Assembly: GCA_963664295.1 (NCBI GenBank)
Contig: OY760935.1
Location: 928,001-992,000, forward strand
Source of the DNA: Candidatus Altimarinota bacterium
GTDB lineage: Bacteria; Patescibacteriota; Gracilibacteria; CAIRYL01; GCA-016699755
Reading direction: 5' to 3'
Length of the DNA stretch: 64,000 bases
The notes under the pieces are model-generated. The model saw only the letters and a list, made by a program, of their open reading frames with translations, ran no database searches and was not told where the DNA came from. This document shows, piece by piece, positions 9,225 through 21,125 of the stretch (the stretch's first letter is position 1; every line of letters begins with the position of its first letter). The position numbers were made by a program, and so were the translations under genes.

Positions 9225-10548
9225 GAAAACGCAAGTGAATATCTTTTTCTTTTTGCGCTTTTGCCAAAAAAGCCTCAGAAACACCTGTTCGTAAAATGTG
9301 TCTTTTTTCCAAGCGACAGAAGATTTTTAATTTTACTTTTATTCCTTTTGGATCAAGTTCCACAAAAATTTGTGGTCTTATTGTGGTTTCGTTTAATCCA
9401 AATTTATTTGAAAGTGAGGGTAAGTTTTTACTAATTTCTTCTAAGTCTGCACCTGCTTGTTCCTCAGCAGCGTTCATGAGAATTTTTTTTGCTTTTTCAA
9501 CATTAGAATCACCATCAAGCATAAAATCTATAACTACCCATGTGTATCTATACATAGCGGAAAAATTGCGCAATTTATCTTGAAAAATAATTTTATTTGG
9601 CACAGAAAGGACCTTTCCTGTTGGGCCTCTTTCGCCTGTTTCTCGCAAAATAGTATGAATTAAATGAATATCTTTGACCCAACCTCTTGCTCCCCCGATT
9701 TCAACCAAATCACCAACTTTATAGCCATGCTTCATGCCTATAAAAAACCAAGCCAAAAAAGAAGAAATAACATCGCGCACAGCAAAAGCCAAACCAGTAC
9801 CAAGCAAGGCTAAAAATGGTAAAAATGCTGCAAATTGCGAAAACAAAGCAGTAAAAATAGTAATTGCAACAATGGAATAAACTACAATGTTAATAATGCG
9901 AAATAAAACCTCTTTGCGCTTGCTGGTCAAATGATCACCATGATTAGTAATTGCTTTTTTAGTAATTCTACCAGACACTAAAACCAACAAAAGAACACCA
10001 AAATACAATCCCCAACGAGTCATTGTGCTCACAAATTCCTCCCAGGCAATTTCTTTTGTCTTTTCTATATTTGATCTCAAAACAGTAATTTCTTGCTCCT
10101 TTTTTGCAATCTCATTTTTATTACTCAAATTAGCCTGATCTTTTTGCTCTTCAAGTGTAGTAATTTCTGCTTCCACAATGGTTATTTTTTCAGCTAATTG
10201 CTTTTCTTGCTCTTGTAGCTCTTTTATTTTTTCTGATGGATAAGGAGTTTCTTTTTTGGCGCTTACAATATCTTCTTGCGACTTAATTATTTCCTCATTT
10301 AACCTAGCCAATTCTTCCAATTGAACATCAAGTTGATTTTGATATTCATTAACAAAATCGTCTTTTAAGAATTTAAGATCTATTTCTGCATTAACAAGCT
10401 TACTTTTTAAGTTATTTATTTCGCTATACATTTCTATAAAAGACTTGCCCTCAAGATCAAGAGAATTATTGTCTTCTGCTTTTGCTTGCAGCGGAGTAAA
10501 AGCAAACAAAAATATAAAGGCCAAAATAAATAATTTTTTCTTTAACAT
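9214..10548 (-). CDS. MscS-family mechanosensitive channel with long N-terminal coiled coil
   Basis: Signal-like N-terminus, coiled coil, TMs, GLAFAVRD, KVGDLVEIG, VPNKIIF motifs. Confidence 0.85.
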   Translation of the reverse strand: MLKKKLFILAFIFLFAFTPLQAKAEDNNSLDLEGKSFIEMYSEINNLKSKLVNAEIDLKFLKDDFVNEYQNQLDVQLEELARLNEEIIKSQEDIVSAKKETPYPSEKIKELQEQEKQLAEKITIVEAEITTLEEQKDQANLSNKNEIAKKEQEITVLRSNIEKTKEIAWEEFVSTMTRWGLYFGVLLLVLVSGRITKKAITNHGDHLTSKRKEVLFRIINIVVYSIVAITIFTALFSQFAAFLPFLALLGTGLAFAVRDVISSFLAWFFIGMKHGYKVGDLVEIGGARGWVKDIHLIHTILRETGERGPTGKVLSVPNKIIFQDKLRNFSAMYRYTWVVIDFMLDGDSNVEKAKKILMNAAEEQAGADLEEISKNLPSLSNKFGLNETTIRPQIFVELDPKGIKVKLKIFCRLEKRHILRTGVSEAFLAKAQKEKDIHLRFLMA

Positions 10549-10554
10549 TAATTG

Positions 10555-11061
10555 TTATTTAAAAATAGTGTTCCCTTTAGTATCAACAGCAACTAGTGCA
10601 GGAAAATCTTCAATTTCAAGCTCATAAACTGCTTCCGGACCTAATTCTTTAAATGCTATTAACTGAGCTTTTTTTATTTTTTGTGCCAATAACGCAGCCA
10701 CACCACCAGTAATTGAGAATAAGATTGTACCATATTTTTTAAATAAAGGTAAATATTTTTTGTCTATTTGCCCTTTTCCCAAAAGGCCAACAACGCCTTT
10801 TTTAAAAATATCCTCAAAGTATTCGCTCATTCTGCTACTTGTTGTTGGACCAAGAGAGCCAGACGTTTTTCCTTTTGGAGTTGGACTTGGTCCGCAAAAA
10901 AATAAAAAATTATTATTTAGGTCAAAAGTTAATTTTTTACTTGTGTTAATTTTTTTTAAAGTTGAGTCTCGAACTGTAAAAACTACACCTGACAATAAAA
11001 CATTTTCTCCTGTTTTTAGTTTTTTAATTTCATCTATATTTTTTAAGTTGAGCTTTTTCAC
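10555..11061 (-). CDS. Fe-S (class I) fumarate/tartrate hydro-lyase beta (C-terminal) subunit
   Basis: LSGVVFTVRD, CGP..P, GPTTSSRM, GKG, GGVAAL, ELGPEA...V..FP..V..DTKGN. Confidence 0.88.
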   Translation of the reverse strand: MKKLNLKNIDEIKKLKTGENVLLSGVVFTVRDSTLKKINTSKKLTFDLNNNFLFFCGPSPTPKGKTSGSLGPTTSSRMSEYFEDIFKKGVVGLLGKGQIDKKYLPLFKKYGTILFSITGGVAALLAQKIKKAQLIAFKELGPEAVYELEIEDFPALVAVDTKGNTIFK

Positions 11062-11165
11062 ATTTTAATTTTGCCATATTTTTGCTGTATTTACCATTAT
11101 TTATTAGGTTTGATTTAAAAAAAATAATATGCAAAAATTGCTCCACTAATAGCTTTTTTAATTAT

Positions 11166-12746
11166 ATGACTAAAAAATATTTAAAATTTTCTTTATCAAT
11201 CTTGTTTGCCACTATTTTTTTAAGTGGTTGCCAAATTCTTTCTTTAAAAAACCGCGTCGGTGAAAACTACGAACACACAGAAGAAAAAAAACAAGTTATA
11301 GAAAAAGAAGGAATAATCGCACCTAAGCAAGTTTCTTTGTTTGAGGAAGGCACCCATGTTCTTACAGACCAAAACGGTGAAGTTCTTTATATATTAAAAA
11401 GTAAAGTCGAGGATTTAAAAAAATATGAAAATAAAACTGTTTTAATCAAAGGTGAGTTAAATAAAAACCTTGAAACAGAAAAAGATGACATTATTGATGT
11501 TTTAACTATAGGCATTATAAATGAAAATACAACGGAGGATGAATCTCGTTCAAAAATTTTCGAAATTAACGATGCCGGAGTAAGAATAGTGCTAACAGAA
11601 GAGTGGTTATATAAAAAAGAGGACGATATTTGGAATTTTTTCACAGAAAATGTAGAAAAATCACCAATTAAAATGGAAATTTTTTCCAGCACTAGCGAAT
11701 CAGGGCAAGTAGCAATCACAGAAATGGAAGAGGGCACAGAAATTACTGTGGCTGGCGAACGGGCTTTTCGCGTACTCAATGGCAACAAAATAAATGTTTT
11801 TATTATCAAAAACGGCAATATTCTGCTCTTTAAATTTGACCCTCAAGAAGATGAAATATCTGAAAAATTAATATTTTTAGATCTTTTAACCAATCTTGAA
11901 TGGCTAGAAGGTGAAGTTGAAAATATTACAAAAAAAGACCCAACAATTGATTGTGGCGGAGAAGAAAACAGTCTTTGTCCAGTTGGCTACAGATGCGAAC
12001 TAGAAAGCACAAATGAAAACTCAAAAGGAACTTGTGTTGCTGTTGATGAAGCCCCAGAGCCAAAAAAAGAATGTCCTCACAAAACTAAAGCATGTCCAGA
12101 TGGTACGATTTTAGAAGTTAATCTAGAAACTTGCACTTTTGCAGAATGCCCGCAAGCACCAATAACAAAAGAGGAAGAGCCTGTTTCAACAAATAATAGT
12201 CAAGCAAGTTCAACAGAAACCCCAAATCCCGAGCCAGAAACAACAACAGAAGAGCCAGAAGAAGCAAGATCAAGCCACGAAACCGTGGAAATGGAAGTGA
12301 TCATTGATAATTCTGACACAGAAGAAGAGAACACAACAGAAAATAATAACCCCGAGGAAGAAAATGAAAACGAAAACAAAGAAGACCGAGAAATTCGCGC
12401 ACCTGGAGAAACTTATTCAACAATAGAAAATAAACACTTTTCTTTTAATGTTGATTATCCTGTTAATTATTACTGGCGTCATTTTGGTGCAACTGGCGAA
12501 TCAGTTTCGTTCATGGGTTTTTCAGATATAGAAATGGAAACCATTGAAGACGCTGTAATTCTTGTGGAAATTCGCAAAGGCGCAATAGCAGACACATCAG
12601 AAACCGCCAGAGGAGAGGACGCTATTATTCTTGTTCCCCGTGATGAAGAAACCCATTTTCGTGTAATTGGCAACAAAGAATATAAAGCAAATTTATGGAA
12701 AATTGCTCAATCCATTGAAATTATAGATGAAAATGTGCAAGAATAA
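11166..12746 (+). CDS. Lipoprotein with Cys-rich modules and acidic low-complexity linker
   Basis: Lipobox IFLSGC after MTKKYLKF; CGG..CP..C..C and CP..KACPDG..C.FAECP modules. Confidence 0.65.
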   Translation: MTKKYLKFSLSILFATIFLSGCQILSLKNRVGENYEHTEEKKQVIEKEGIIAPKQVSLFEEGTHVLTDQNGEVLYILKSKVEDLKKYENKTVLIKGELNKNLETEKDDIIDVLTIGIINENTTEDESRSKIFEINDAGVRIVLTEEWLYKKEDDIWNFFTENVEKSPIKMEIFSSTSESGQVAITEMEEGTEITVAGERAFRVLNGNKINVFIIKNGNILLFKFDPQEDEISEKLIFLDLLTNLEWLEGEVENITKKDPTIDCGGEENSLCPVGYRCELESTNENSKGTCVAVDEAPEPKKECPHKTKACPDGTILEVNLETCTFAECPQAPITKEEEPVSTNNSQASSTETPNPEPETTTEEPEEARSSHETVEMEVIIDNSDTEEENTTENNNPEEENENENKEDREIRAPGETYSTIENKHFSFNVDYPVNYYWRHFGATGESVSFMGFSDIEMETIEDAVILVEIRKGAIADTSETARGEDAIILVPRDEETHFRVIGNKEYKANLWKIAQSIEIIDENVQE

Positions 12747-12767
12747 TCTTGCTTTTAAAAATAAATC

Positions 12768-13262
12768 ATGAAAAAACTTTTTAAATTCCTACTAGGCTTA
12801 ACAGCTGGGATTTCTTTGGGATTTCTTTTTGCACCTAAAAAAGGCAAAGAATTAAGAGAAAACATTGCAAAATCTGATCATAAATTTCAAGTATTTGGCA
12901 ATGCCCTGAAACAAGCCTCTAAAGACGCCTCTAAAGAAATTAAAAAATTAGTGGACTCAAAAGAGGTTCAGAAACTAATCAAAGCAGGCAAAGAACAAGC
13001 TGATGAGCTAATTGGCGTGCTAATGGAAAAAGGCGATGAGCTTTCTCTAAAAGCTAAAAAGGAATTTGCTGACATACTTGATAAAGCCTCAGATAAGGCA
13101 GAAGAAGCAAAAACAACTATCAAAAAAAAGGTTAATACAGCAAAAAAAAGTGTTAAAAAAACTGCAACCAAGGCTAAAAAAAATGTTAAAAAAGCAGTCA
13201 AAAAAACAACAAATAAAGCAAAAAGCACTGCTAAAAAAGCTACTAAAAAAATTAAAAAATAG
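12768..13262 (+). CDS. YtxH-domain protein with Lys/Ala-rich tail
   Basis: FLLGLTAGISLGFLFAPKKGKELR; C-terminal KKTATKAKK-type repeats. Confidence 0.8.
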   Translation: MKKLFKFLLGLTAGISLGFLFAPKKGKELRENIAKSDHKFQVFGNALKQASKDASKEIKKLVDSKEVQKLIKAGKEQADELIGVLMEKGDELSLKAKKEFADILDKASDKAEEAKTTIKKKVNTAKKSVKKTATKAKKNVKKAVKKTTNKAKSTAKKATKKIKK

Positions 13263-13293
13263 TTTTATTGCAAAAATAAAATTATCTTAATTG

Positions 13294-13347
13294 CCCTTCC
13301 GGCATTTAAACTAGTGCTTATAATTTCTTTGCGAATAATGCCGTTAA
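13294..13347. repeat. Dispersed ~55-bp conserved intergenic element, copy 1
   Basis: CCCTTCCGGCA...TTATAA.TTCTTTGCGAATAATGCCGTTAA, shared with 20550..20604. Confidence 0.85.
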
Positions 13348-13430
13348 AAAAATCAACTGAGCTATTCGGGAGTCTTTTTTGACTGCAAAAAAAATAAGGC
13401 CACCTTATTTATATAACCAAATAAGCTTGC

Positions 13431-16400
13431 TTAAATCTCCCCAATCTCAACTCCCCAATAATAATATTTAATAATCTCTTCATAGGTTTTACCTTCCTCT
13501 GCCATTTTTTGTGCACCATATCCCGAAAGACCAACACCATGCCCCTTGCGCTCCATACCCTCACACCAAGGATCATCAACCGACTTTAAATAATCTGCAC
13601 TCCAACCCCAATTTGCTTCTGCAGGTGTTAATGTGCGACCATCGCTTTGAGTAAAATAAGGGGTTTTTACTAATTTATCCTTATATTTCACAGCCAATCC
13701 ACTAGTTTCTTCCACAGCATCAAGCCAATTACCAGCCCTTTCTGTAAAAGAATAACCTAAATATTTTTGAAACTCAGCAGGTGAATCACTACCATCAAAA
13801 GGCGCACCAGCAAATTTTGTGTTTTCTGGTTGTAAATAAAAATAGGCATAAGAGCGAGCCAAAATTGCCATTACTTTTTTCTTTTCAAAATGCGTACCTG
13901 AAGCAACTTCTGCCACCCCCTTTAAATAATCTTCAAAAGACAATTCATTGATAATTGTAAACTTGCTATCATAGACTCTTGCTTCCAGCATGCCTTTAAA
14001 TCTATTATCATTAATTGATTGATCAGATGTCCAAGCCGGATAACGCTCCCAATTTTCAATTTCTAAAACGCTATTTGAAGCAGTAGGTTTAATTTTAACC
14101 ACTAAATAATCTCTGGCATTTTTATCTACAAAAATTTTATTACCATTTTTTTTAAGAGTTATTGTATCACCCGCAGAAAGTGTAAATATTTTTTCATTAT
14201 CTGCAATTACCTCCACCTGGCCGGTTGAACTTATTTTTGCTTCATTTTCCGGAAAACTAAGACGAATTCTAATATCTTCTTCTATTGCACTCGTTGTACT
14301 TTTTTCTTTTTCCTTGCTTGTTGTGCTTGTCACTTCATTTGTATTTCTGCGTTTTAATCTTTCTGGAACCTCATCCTTAGAAACCACAAACCAATAAACT
14401 GTTGGTGCTATTTTCTGGCTCATTCCTCGCAATAAAAATACAAATTTAAAATTACCAGCATATTCAGGAGTAAATGAGTAAGTAAAATTTGCTTCTTCAC
14501 CTGGCTCAACTTGTTCACCTTTGAATTTAATTTTTTGAGACTTCATGCCTGTGCCATAAACAAAAAGCTCAATATCTTCTTTTTCCCAAACAACATTACC
14601 TGTGTTTTTAAATTTTAAGCTCAAACTTGATTTTGAGTCTGTTTCTACATAAGTCACTATTTTGTCATCACCATAATAACCTGCTTCAATATGTGGATCC
14701 TGTATTTCTAATACTTGATTAAAAGTTGGCGCTCCGGGCATATTGCCATCATCAACAAGCAGTCTAAAAAATAAAACTTGCTTTCCTGGTTTGTCATAAG
14801 GAGCAAGTGAAAAGTTAAATTTTCCAGTTTTACCAGGAGCTACATTAAAATCCGAAGTAGCAACAACCTCTTCTCTGTTTCTACCAGAAAACACTGACAA
14901 AGAAACATGGTCTTTTTTCCACAAAGTATTACCTGTATTTTTTAGTTTTATACTGCCGGAAATTCTTTTTCCTGGATATGGATACTCTGGCAAAAGGGTT
15001 AATTCTTCCGTTTCTGCTCCCCAAGAAGGAGTTTCCACTTCAACTGGCTGAACCACACTACCAGAGTTTATTTTTTTACTATTTACCACAGGGGTAAATT
15101 CTAAAGTAAACAATCCGCCCCGATAGTCAGTTTCAATTTCCACATCAAAACTTGCAACTTCGCCAGGCTTAACCTTAGCTTCATTCATTTTTGCCGCTAC
15201 ATACGAACGACCTTTAATTGCAGGGTTAACTGATACCCCTCCTGTGCGTGGCTGAAAAACATAAAGCCAAGTGCTACGATCCCAAATAACATTACCAGTA
15301 TTTTTAAACTTAAGAGTGATCTCCTGTTTATCACCTGCGCTCATCTCTAAAAGGCTTATTTTTTGTGCCAACTCAGCCGCATACTTAAAACTTTTAGTAA
15401 TAATTATTTCTTCTGCATTTTCTATTGCTTTTCTAATATCAGGCAAAAGTGAATACATATTCTCACCAGGACAAGCTGTTGCCCGCAAGTCTCTATGCCC
15501 TACTAAATTGGACAAACTTTTGCCATGAAATTCTTCTGTTGCTGTTAAATCTAGTTCATATGTCAGCGCTAATTGTGGCAATAATTTTTGTAATGCTTTT
15601 ATTTGAGCGTCTGTTGGCTCTGTTTCTTGAAAATTACCCATCAAAGAAACACCAATAGTGCCAACATTATTACAATAAACATGTCCACCAATCACATAGT
15701 CACCACCAGCACGCCCCTCATAGATATTTCCATAAGGATCAATTATAAAATGGTAACCAATGTCTCCCCAGCCTTTTGAGTTCGCATGATAAGAATAAAT
15801 ACCACGCAAAACCTCCTTTGGACTGCGTCCATTTTGTACATTATTCTCTGCAGTATGATGAATAACCACTTTGAAAATTCTTTTTGAATACTGATATGGC
15901 CAGCGAAGACTTTTTCCGCCATCAGTTTTTTTAATATAATCAATTTCAAATTCTTCAGGATGCACATCTTTGATTACACCGCACTCTTTTGCTCTTTCAT
16001 AAGCAGATCCTCCTGCTTCTTTTTCCGAAACATCTTCGGTCACAACTTCATCATCAACAAAACGAAAATCTTCGTCAGCGCCCCATTCTGAACGAGAAAT
16101 TACCTCTAAATTGCCAATTTTTCGCACAGGGCCAGCTAAAAAAACTGGATTTATCTCATCGCTCGTATTATAAAAATGAACATTTATAAAATCTGGCGCA
16201 TTGCCATCATCTATACGAATACGGAGTTTTTTTGCTGTATCTTCTTGCACAAAATAAAGCTCGGAAAAAGCACTTTCGTGGTCATGGTCTGCTTCAATCT
16301 CATACCAAAGAGGATCTTGATCGCTTTGCGCAAAAACCTCTGTTTCAATAGGCATTTCCAAAGAAAAACTAGTAAATTCATGCTCAATTTCAATATATTC

Positions 16401-16520
16401 CCTAGTATTTACAGGTATTTTTTGTGACCAAAAATTTGGCTTTTCTTCTGCATTAGCGAAAAAGGGGCAATAAAACAACAAACTTATTGCCAAAAGCCCT
16501 ATTTTAAAAACTTTTTTCAA
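13431..16520 (-). CDS. Secreted peptidoglycan hydrolase: Amidase_2 + Ig-like (NBR1-type) repeats + SpoIID/LytB domain
   Basis: Signal peptide; VVIHHTA, GWGDIGYHF, GHRD..ATACPG; FKNTGN.W repeats; EDYLKGVAE, ARSYA, GHGVGLS..GA..MA..G. Confidence 0.88.
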   Translation of the reverse strand: MKKVFKIGLLAISLLFYCPFFANAEEKPNFWSQKIPVNTREYIEIEHEFTSFSLEMPIETEVFAQSDQDPLWYEIEADHDHESAFSELYFVQEDTAKKLRIRIDDGNAPDFINVHFYNTSDEINPVFLAGPVRKIGNLEVISRSEWGADEDFRFVDDEVVTEDVSEKEAGGSAYERAKECGVIKDVHPEEFEIDYIKKTDGGKSLRWPYQYSKRIFKVVIHHTAENNVQNGRSPKEVLRGIYSYHANSKGWGDIGYHFIIDPYGNIYEGRAGGDYVIGGHVYCNNVGTIGVSLMGNFQETEPTDAQIKALQKLLPQLALTYELDLTATEEFHGKSLSNLVGHRDLRATACPGENMYSLLPDIRKAIENAEEIIITKSFKYAAELAQKISLLEMSAGDKQEITLKFKNTGNVIWDRSTWLYVFQPRTGGVSVNPAIKGRSYVAAKMNEAKVKPGEVASFDVEIETDYRGGLFTLEFTPVVNSKKINSGSVVQPVEVETPSWGAETEELTLLPEYPYPGKRISGSIKLKNTGNTLWKKDHVSLSVFSGRNREEVVATSDFNVAPGKTGKFNFSLAPYDKPGKQVLFFRLLVDDGNMPGAPTFNQVLEIQDPHIEAGYYGDDKIVTYVETDSKSSLSLKFKNTGNVVWEKEDIELFVYGTGMKSQKIKFKGEQVEPGEEANFTYSFTPEYAGNFKFVFLLRGMSQKIAPTVYWFVVSKDEVPERLKRRNTNEVTSTTSKEKEKSTTSAIEEDIRIRLSFPENEAKISSTGQVEVIADNEKIFTLSAGDTITLKKNGNKIFVDKNARDYLVVKIKPTASNSVLEIENWERYPAWTSDQSINDNRFKGMLEARVYDSKFTIINELSFEDYLKGVAEVASGTHFEKKKVMAILARSYAYFYLQPENTKFAGAPFDGSDSPAEFQKYLGYSFTERAGNWLDAVEETSGLAVKYKDKLVKTPYFTQSDGRTLTPAEANWGWSADYLKSVDDPWCEGMERKGHGVGLSGYGAQKMAEEGKTYEEIIKYYYWGVEIGEI

Positions 16521-16552
16521 GTAAAAATAAATAATTTTGTTTTAATAAAAGA

Positions 16553-16762
16553 TTATTTTTTAACTTTTGCCATTCTTTCTTGGAATTTCTGTACTCTACC
16601 TTCTGTATCCACTAATTTTTGTTTACCAGTAAAAAAAGGATGACATTGTGAACAAATTTCAGTGTGAATTTCCTTCATAGTAGAACCTGTGGTTTTAGTG
16701 GCACCACAAGCGCAAATAATTTTTGCATCATCGTGATATGTTGGGTGAATTCCTTGTTTCAT
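16553..16762 (-). CDS. rpmE: 50S ribosomal protein L31 (Zn-binding type)
   Basis: [34 protein letters not shown]. Confidence 0.97.
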   Translation of the reverse strand: MKQGIHPTYHDDAKIICACGATKTTGSTMKEIHTEICSQCHPFFTGKQKLVDTEGRVQKFQERMAKVKK

Positions 16763-16881
16763 ATTCTCAAACTAAAGCCAGAAGATTTTGCCAAAAAAAT
16801 TAAAAAAAAGCAAATCTTTTTCAAAAAATTTGACTTTCTGCGCAAATAATTGCAGACTTATTTAGAATTATTCTGATTATT

Positions 16882-18402
16882 ATGCGACTTAAACGAAAGA
16901 ATAAATTACTCCCTTTAGTCGTTCTTCTGGGGTCAATAGGCATTATTGCCGGCGGTGTTTTTGCTTTCTCACTGTTTTTTTCAGCTGATGATGGCGTTGC
17001 CCGCACTGCAAACCTAAGCTCTAGCGACGAAACAAGGGCAGAAGTAAAACTTTCTGGAGAACAATCTTGGAACGAGGTTATTGATATAGCTCTTTACGAA
17101 GGAGACACTGTGCGTAGCAAAAGCTCAAATTCAATCAAAATCACTTTTCACGATAATACTGTTGTTTACTTAGACAAAAATACCAATGTTTTAATCAAAA
17201 AAGCCCGAGGTTATGAAGACAATTCAACCTTAGTGGAAATTGATGTTGAACAAGGAAGAATTTGGGTCTCTGTTGAGCGCAAACTTAATCCTTTGTCCAA
17301 AGTTGTTGTCAATTCTCCATTAACAAATTTACAAGCAGAAACAAGTCATGCGGAATTTTCTTTTTCACAGGGGCAAGTTGCTGTAATTGAAGGAAACAAA
17401 GTTTTTGTTTCTATTCCTTCAAACAGCAAAGATGTAGCCAGCTTTTCTCGCTCTTTAGGTGCTGGTCAAATGCTTTCTCTGACCAACGAAGATCTTGAAA
17501 AAATTAAAAAAGGCTTTGAAGGACCACTAGAAGAAATGATTTCAGAAAAATTTATAAGTTCTGACTGGTACAAAATGCACAAAGAAAACAAACTAGTTAT
17601 CACTGAGGAAGATGAAAGTGATGCTGATACTGAGGCCGAAACTGACGATAATGAAACTACAACAGAAGAAGACGAGGACAATACTCCTGCAATAGCAGGT
17701 GAATTAAAAATAACTTCACCCAATAATGGCATTGATTACACATCTAAAACAACAGAAATTACCCTCGAAGGCACAGCAAGCTCAGATGTTGCCAAAGTTA
17801 TTGTTGATGATTGGGAATTGCAAAAATTTGAACAAGGAAACACAACTTGGAGCTATAAAATCTCTCAACAATTTGATAACCATGGCAAGCCAGGAGAAAA
17901 AATCACTTATCTTGCAGAAGCTTTTGATAAAAATGGCAAATTAGTGGCAACTGACTCCATTGCAATCACATTTGATTATGATGAAGAAGATTTAGAAAAC
18001 TTAGAAGAAGAAACCACAGAAGAAAACGAGGAACTCGAAGAAGGCACCGTGGAAAATGCAAACTTTAAAATCACAGATCCAAGCACAGAAGATACCTATA
18101 AAACATCTGATGCAGAAATCATAGTCAAAGGCATAGCCCCAACAAATACAGCAAAAATCACTGTATCAGATTACAAGCTTCAAGCCTATCAAGCAGGTGC
18201 AGGTGAGTGGTCATACAAAATCAAAGAAGATTTTGGCAACAGGCCAGAAGCTGGCTCAAGCCTAACTTACACTGCTCGTGCATATGATGCAGACGACAAA
18301 CTGATCGGCTCTGACTCTATTACAATTGAAATAGAAGAAGGCACTACTAATAGCACAGAAGAAACTCCTACCACTAGTGTTTCTGGCGAAATTTCCAGAT
18401 AA
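16882..18402 (+). CDS. Membrane-anchored FecR-domain protein with two Ig-like repeats
   Basis: TM, LYEGDTVRS..ITFHDNTVVYLDKNT..QGRIWV (FecR-like); duplicated KIT.P...WSYKI...F.N modules. Confidence 0.7.
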   Translation: MRLKRKNKLLPLVVLLGSIGIIAGGVFAFSLFFSADDGVARTANLSSSDETRAEVKLSGEQSWNEVIDIALYEGDTVRSKSSNSIKITFHDNTVVYLDKNTNVLIKKARGYEDNSTLVEIDVEQGRIWVSVERKLNPLSKVVVNSPLTNLQAETSHAEFSFSQGQVAVIEGNKVFVSIPSNSKDVASFSRSLGAGQMLSLTNEDLEKIKKGFEGPLEEMISEKFISSDWYKMHKENKLVITEEDESDADTEAETDDNETTTEEDEDNTPAIAGELKITSPNNGIDYTSKTTEITLEGTASSDVAKVIVDDWELQKFEQGNTTWSYKISQQFDNHGKPGEKITYLAEAFDKNGKLVATDSIAITFDYDEEDLENLEEETTEENEELEEGTVENANFKITDPSTEDTYKTSDAEIIVKGIAPTNTAKITVSDYKLQAYQAGAGEWSYKIKEDFGNRPEAGSSLTYTARAYDADDKLIGSDSITIEIEEGTTNSTEETPTTSVSGEISR

Positions 18403-18405
18403 ATC

Positions 18406-20490
<2,085 letters not shown>

Positions 20491-20549
20491 CTAAATTTTA
20501 ACACAAAAAAATATTAAATATTCTATTAAATTTTAATTTAATAGACCTA

Positions 20550-20604
20550 CCCTTCCGGCACTTTAATTTTTTGTTTATAAATTCTTTGCGAATAATGCCG
20601 TTAA
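20550..20604. repeat. Dispersed ~55-bp conserved intergenic element, copy 2
   Basis: Identical 11-bp and 23-bp blocks to 13294..13347. Confidence 0.85.
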
Positions 20605-20741
20605 GAAAATTCAGTCATTATTTGCAACCACAATTAAACAAATTTATAATCCATACTAAGCCAGCTTCCCAAAAAATAATTTCAAGGATCCTAGGGCTTG
20701 AAAAAGCATTTTTTAGAAAATTCAAATTTTAATATACTTTT

Positions 20742-21113
20742 TTACGAAGCTAAAGCCAATTTGGCTTCATCAATCGTAAAATGAGTTTCAATAATCTTAG
20801 TCACCCCCACAACCTCAAGAATGTCCAAAACATTCTCAGGAATTCTTGCAAGTACCATTTTTCCACCTTTTTCTGTAATTTTGCGGAAAAAATCCAAAAA
20901 ATAACCAATACCTTTAGAGTTAATAAAGGCAACATTTTGAAAATCAATCAAATAACTAGTTCCTTCAGGATTTTCGTCAATTTTTTGATAAAAAATCTCA
21001 GCAATACGATCAACATTAGCCTCGTCCAAATGCCCATTAATTTCAACTAACTGAATCTTATCTTCAGGACCTTGCACTGTAATTGCCTCTGCTGTTAGGG
21101 TTGTTTCCGCCAT
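20742..21113 (-). CDS. STAS-domain anti-sigma-factor antagonist (RsbV/SpoIIAA-like)
   Basis: GHLD, IDFQNVAFINSKGIG (phospho-Ser position), V.DILEVVG. Confidence 0.88.
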   Translation of the reverse strand: MAETTLTAEAITVQGPEDKIQLVEINGHLDEANVDRIAEIFYQKIDENPEGTSYLIDFQNVAFINSKGIGYFLDFFRKITEKGGKMVLARIPENVLDILEVVGVTKIIETHFTIDEAKLALAS

Positions 21114-21125
21114 TTTTAACTAAAA

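Noticed and set aside
13294-13347. Repeat element as integron attC, dif site, SRP RNA or c-di-GMP riboswitch
   Set aside because: No matching RYYYAAC for attC, no XerD arm at 6-bp spacing, and the SRP and GEMM core motifs are absent; only short similarities.
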